Of a DNA stretch of 64,000 nucleotides, positions 60,312 to 64,000 are shown piece after piece. The translations under genes and the position numbers were made by a program. The notes beneath the pieces were generated by a model, which worked only from the letters and a program-made list of their open reading frames with translations, ran no database searches and was not told where the DNA came from. Origin of the DNA: Pseudomonas aeruginosa PAO1 (GTDB lineage Bacteria; Pseudomonadota; Gammaproteobacteria; Pseudomonadales; Pseudomonadaceae); assembly GCF_000006765.1 (NCBI RefSeq), contig NC_002516.2, one strand, 5' to 3'. The number at the start of each line of letters is the position of its first letter. Within the stretch, counting starts at the first letter, position 1.

Positions 60312-61130
60312 TCACTCCGTCTCCAGCAACCCATGCCGCAAGCTCCCCGCCGCCAGGCGCTGGCGAATATCCTCGTCGATCCGCGGATCGTCCGGGCGGT
60401 ACAGGCGCACCTGGCGGTAGGCGTTGATCCGGTTGATTTCCGCACCGAGGTAGTCCCAGACCACCCGGCTGCATGCCGGGGTCCGCCGGTCACCACTGGA
60501 AACGCCCATCTTCAGGCCGTTCAGGCGGGTGATACGGCTCTTGAAACTGGGAATGAGGATGGTCTGGCTCATCTCGTTGAGGGTCAGCGACTCGTAGTCG
60601 ATCAGGAACACCCGGTCCTGCAACTGGAAGGCCGCGCCGAGATAGCGGCAACGCGCCCACTCCTCCGCCTGCACGTCGGTACTGCTGGTGCGCTCCTGGC
60701 GTTCCTGGCGCTCGAAGAGGAACACGCCGTCCTCCTCGTAGAGATGCACCAGGGAGAGCAGGATGCTGCCTGGCACCGACATGCAGTTGGCATATTCGAA
60801 GTAGTAGCCGCAGTAGCGGCCCAGGTCGCCGGCCTCGGCGCGCAGCGGTTGCAGCAGCCGCAACAGCGGGTCGTTGCTGGGCTGGCGCGGCTGGGCGCTG
60901 GTGCGGGCGCCGATCAGGCGGGCGAACTGCTCGGGCGGCAAGCCCAGCTCGTAGTCCTCGACGCCGAAGAAGTCGCCGATCCGCTTGCGGTTGTACGGCG
61001 TCGGCTGGCTCTGGCCGCTGAGGTACTTGTTGAACTGTGCGCGATTGATCGCCAATTGCCGGCAAACCTCGGAAATCGAGCGGTAATGGCTGCAAAGCAG
61101 CTTGAGATTGGCGCCCAGGTGCTCGGACAT
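60312..61130 (-). CDS. XRE-family HTH regulator with C-terminal unknown domain (PA2251-like)
   Basis: MSEHLGANLKLLC..YRSISEVCRQLAINRAQFNKYLSGQSQP. The longer ORF-track version is an antisense extension through the neighbouring gene. Confidence 0.8.
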   Translation of the reverse strand: MSEHLGANLKLLCSHYRSISEVCRQLAINRAQFNKYLSGQSQPTPYNRKRIGDFFGVEDYELGLPPEQFARLIGARTSAQPRQPSNDPLLRLLQPLRAEAGDLGRYCGYYFEYANCMSVPGSILLSLVHLYEEDGVFLFERQERQERTSSTDVQAEEWARCRYLGAAFQLQDRVFLIDYESLTLNEMSQTILIPSFKSRITRLNGLKMGVSSGDRRTPACSRVVWDYLGAEINRINAYRQVRLYRPDDPRIDEDIRQRLAAGSLRHGLLETE

Positions 61131-61298
61131 CGATGGCTCCAAAACTGATGCTATGGACGCGATTCTAGCATCAGGTCGCATCAAGCAGGAGCAACCCGCG
61201 AAATTGTAACCAGGTGCGTCATGGCCAACCATGCGCCGCGCACCAAGGCGCTGCCGCAGCGCACGCCGGTACCAGAATAAGAACCGAGGTAGACCTCC

Positions 61299-62744
61299 AT
61301 GCTTGAAATGCTCAACGATTTCCTTTCCGGAAAAGTCCTCATCGTCCTGATCGTCGGCCTGGGTGCCTACTTCACGATCCGTTCGCGTTTCGTCCAGTTC
61401 CGCCACTTCGGCCACATGTTCGGCGTATTCAGGGAATCGCTGCGCGGCCAGGCCGGCCAGCTCAGTTCCTTCCAGGCCCTGATGCTGAGCCTCGCCGGCC
61501 GGGTCGGCGCCGGCAACATCGCCGGGGTCGGCATCGCCGTGACCCTCGGCGGTCCGGGGGCGGTGTTCTGGATGTGGGTCACCGCGCTGGTCGGCATGTC
61601 CAGCAGCTTCTTCGAATGCACCCTGGCCCAGGTCTACAAGCGCAGCGACGGCGACGGCCTGTATCGCGGCGGCCCGTCCTACTACATCCAGCACGGCCTG
61701 AAGCTGCGCTCGATGGCGGTGGTCTTCGCGGTACTCCTGCTGGTGACCTACGGCTTCGCCTTCAACGGCCTGCAGTCCTACACCGTCACCCATTCGCTGC
61801 AGAACGCCTTCGGCTTCGCCCCGCAGCACACCGGGATCGCCCTGGCGGTGCTGCTCGGCGTGGTCTTCATCGGCGGCATCAAGCGCATCGCCGCGGTCTC
61901 CGACCTGCTGGTGCCGATCAAGACCCTGGCCTACATCGGCGTCACCCTGTACGTCATCGCCAGCCAGATCGAGCACGTCCCGGCAATGCTGGAAACCATC
62001 GTCAAGAGCGCCTTCGGCCTAGACCCGGCGTTCGGCGGCCTGCTCGGCAGCGCCATCGTGATGGGCGTCAAGCGTGGCGTCTTCGCCAACGAGGCCGGCC
62101 TGGGCAGCGCGCCGAACGTCGCCGCGGTCGCCGCCGTGCGCCATCCGGCGGCACAGGGCGTGGTCCAGGCCTTCAGCGTGTTCCTCGACACCTTCGTGAT
62201 CTGCACCTGCACCGCCCTGCTGATCCTGCTCTCGGGCTTCTACACCCCGGGCTTCGAAGGCGACGGCATCGTCCTCACCCAGAACTCCCTGGCCGCGGTG
62301 GTCGGCGACTGGGGCCGGGTGTTCGTCAGCGTGGCCCTGTCGCTGTTCGTCTTCACCTGCATCCTCTACAACTTCTACCTGGGCGAGAACAGCCTACAGT
62401 TCCTCAGCCGCAACCGCCTGGTGCTGATCGGCTACCGCGCGCTGGTGCTGGCCCTGGTGGTCTGGGGCTCGGTGCAGGACCTGTCCACCGTGTTCGCCTT
62501 CGCCGACATCACCATGACCTGCCTGGCCTTCGTCAACCTGATGGCCCTGGCCCTGCTGTTCAAGGTCGGCCTGCGGGTGATGCGCGACTATGACGTGCAG
62601 CGCCGCGCCGGGATCAAGCAACCGGTGTTCGACTCGGCGCAGTTCGCCGACCTCGACCTGGACCGCGAAGCCTGGCCCGCCGGCCAGCGCGCCGAGCCCC
62701 CGGCGCAGGCGGACGCCGAGCCGCTGCCGAGCGGCAATCGCTGA
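61299..62744 (+). CDS. AGCS-family alanine/glycine:cation symporter
   Basis: LAGRVGAGNIAGV, GGPGAVFWMW, FANEAGLGSAP motifs. Confidence 0.93.
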   Translation: MLEMLNDFLSGKVLIVLIVGLGAYFTIRSRFVQFRHFGHMFGVFRESLRGQAGQLSSFQALMLSLAGRVGAGNIAGVGIAVTLGGPGAVFWMWVTALVGMSSSFFECTLAQVYKRSDGDGLYRGGPSYYIQHGLKLRSMAVVFAVLLLVTYGFAFNGLQSYTVTHSLQNAFGFAPQHTGIALAVLLGVVFIGGIKRIAAVSDLLVPIKTLAYIGVTLYVIASQIEHVPAMLETIVKSAFGLDPAFGGLLGSAIVMGVKRGVFANEAGLGSAPNVAAVAAVRHPAAQGVVQAFSVFLDTFVICTCTALLILLSGFYTPGFEGDGIVLTQNSLAAVVGDWGRVFVSVALSLFVFTCILYNFYLGENSLQFLSRNRLVLIGYRALVLALVVWGSVQDLSTVFAFADITMTCLAFVNLMALALLFKVGLRVMRDYDVQRRAGIKQPVFDSAQFADLDLDREAWPAGQRAEPPAQADAEPLPSGNR

Positions 62745-62843
62745 GTTTCGCGCAGGCGCCCTCCCCCCGGAGCGGCGCCTGCGCCACAATGGTGTCCCCT
62801 CTTCGCACGTCCGGCGCGAAAAGGCCCGACACAAGGATTACGG

Positions 62844-63830
62844 ATGCTCCCAGTCAAGAACCTCTTCGTGCTCTACACCGGCGGCACCATCGGCATGTTG
62901 CAGACCCCGCAGGGACTGGCTCCGGCCGGTGGCTTCGAAGCGCGCATGCGCGACCACCTGCAAAGCCTCGGCGACGCCCCGGACCTGCGCTGGCGCTTCG
63001 CCGAACTGCAACCGCCGCTGGACAGCGCCAACATGACCCAGGGCAACTGGCTGGCGATGCGCGACGCCATCGTCGCCGCGCTCGACGCCGGCCACGACGG
63101 CGTGCTGCTCCTGCACGGCACCGACACCCTGGCCTACAGCGCCGCGGCGCTGTCCTTCCTGCTCCTCGACCTGCCGATCCCGGTGCTGCTGACCGGCTCC
63201 ATGCTGCCGGCCGGCGCGCCGGGCAGCGATGCCTGGGACAACCTGGTCGGCGCCCTGCGCGTCCTCCAGGAGGGCCACGCGCGCGGCGTACAGGTCTATT
63301 TCAACGATGCCCTGCTGCACGGCGCGCGAGTCAGCAAGCTGCGCAGCGACGCGTTCGACGCCTTCGCCGAACTGCCGCGACCGCGCCACGCCGAGCATGC
63401 GCCGGTGCCTGCGGCGCTCGGCTACCGCCAGCCGCGCCGGGAAGTGAACCTCGCCGTGCTGCCGCTCTATCCAGGGCTGCGCGCCGCGCACCTGCGCGGG
63501 CTGCTCGACAGCGGCGTGGAAGCGCTGCTGCTGGAATGCTATGGCAGCGGCACCGGCCCGTCCGACGACGAGGAGCTGCTGGCGCTGCTGCGCGAAGCCC
63601 ACGCCCGCGGCGTGCTGCTCGCCGCGGTCAGCCAGTGCGCCTACGGCCAGGTCGAGTTCGGCGTCTACGCCGCCGGCAGCCGCCTGCGCGACGCCGGCCT
63701 GCTCTCGGCTGGCGGAATGACCCGCGAGGCGGCCCTGGGCAAGCTCTTCGGCCTGCTCGGCGCCGGCCTCGGACGCGACGAAGCGCAACGCTGGTTCGCC
63801 CTCGACCTGTGCGGCGAGAACGCCGACTGA
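62844..63830 (+). CDS. ansA: L-asparaginase I (cytoplasmic)
   Basis: YTGGTIGM, LDSANM, HGTDTLAY, LTGSM, YGSG motifs. Confidence 0.93.
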   Translation: MLPVKNLFVLYTGGTIGMLQTPQGLAPAGGFEARMRDHLQSLGDAPDLRWRFAELQPPLDSANMTQGNWLAMRDAIVAALDAGHDGVLLLHGTDTLAYSAAALSFLLLDLPIPVLLTGSMLPAGAPGSDAWDNLVGALRVLQEGHARGVQVYFNDALLHGARVSKLRSDAFDAFAELPRPRHAEHAPVPAALGYRQPRREVNLAVLPLYPGLRAAHLRGLLDSGVEALLLECYGSGTGPSDDEELLALLREAHARGVLLAAVSQCAYGQVEFGVYAAGSRLRDAGLLSAGGMTREAALGKLFGLLGAGLGRDEAQRWFALDLCGENAD

Positions 63831-64000
63831 CCGCCCTGCGGCCGCCCGCCGGCGGCCGCTTCCTTCAGCCCTCCCCGCGATACGCGACAACGCCGGCGGC
63901 CCGCCCGTGCCCGGCGCCCATCGTCAAGCTTCAGCGAACAGTGTTTCCGGCCTTCCCCGGTTTATCCCCCGGCGGCGAGTCCACAGGATGTCGCCTTCCG

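Noticed and set aside
60312-61976. 554-aa version of the XRE regulator
   Set aside because: The N-terminal extension is antisense to the AGCS symporter; the HTH begins at ATG 61130.

Overview
This is Pseudomonas aeruginosa chromosomal DNA. Gene order and protein sequences match my recollection of the PAO1 PA2199-PA2253 interval, which is the replication-terminus region. From left to right it holds: a dehydrogenase fragment; a CSS-EAL c-di-GMP phosphodiesterase; an orphan PoNi-like immunity gene; an amino-acid ABC module; and a LysR-controlled sugar-acid catabolic cluster (Tct transporter, two MFS, OprD-family porin, amidohydrolase, PdxA-like enzyme, L-lyxonate pathway). An accessory hydrolase-opdE-LysR trio follows, then the chromosomal XerCD dif site (25068-25095) with a decayed IS1202/ISNCY-family element starting exactly 5 bp from its XerC arm. 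Next is an AT-rich island with a pesticin-type muramidase, candidate immunity and partner genes, and the serine hydrolase-vqsM-qsrO module. The right half carries the pslA-L operon, pslM, a type IB topoisomerase (pslN), a small basic protein preceded by a perfect 21-bp inverted repeat of nested palindromes, the bkd operon, an XRE regulator, an AGCS symporter and ansA. The best candidates for undescribed biology are (i) the dif-adjacent muramidase/immunity cassette, (ii) the dif-targeted IS, (iii) the palindrome-controlled small DNA-binding gene beside TopIB, and (iv) a three-copy operator with a fixed 33-bp spacer in the lyxonate cluster. All motif searches were done by eye; no computation or database search was run.
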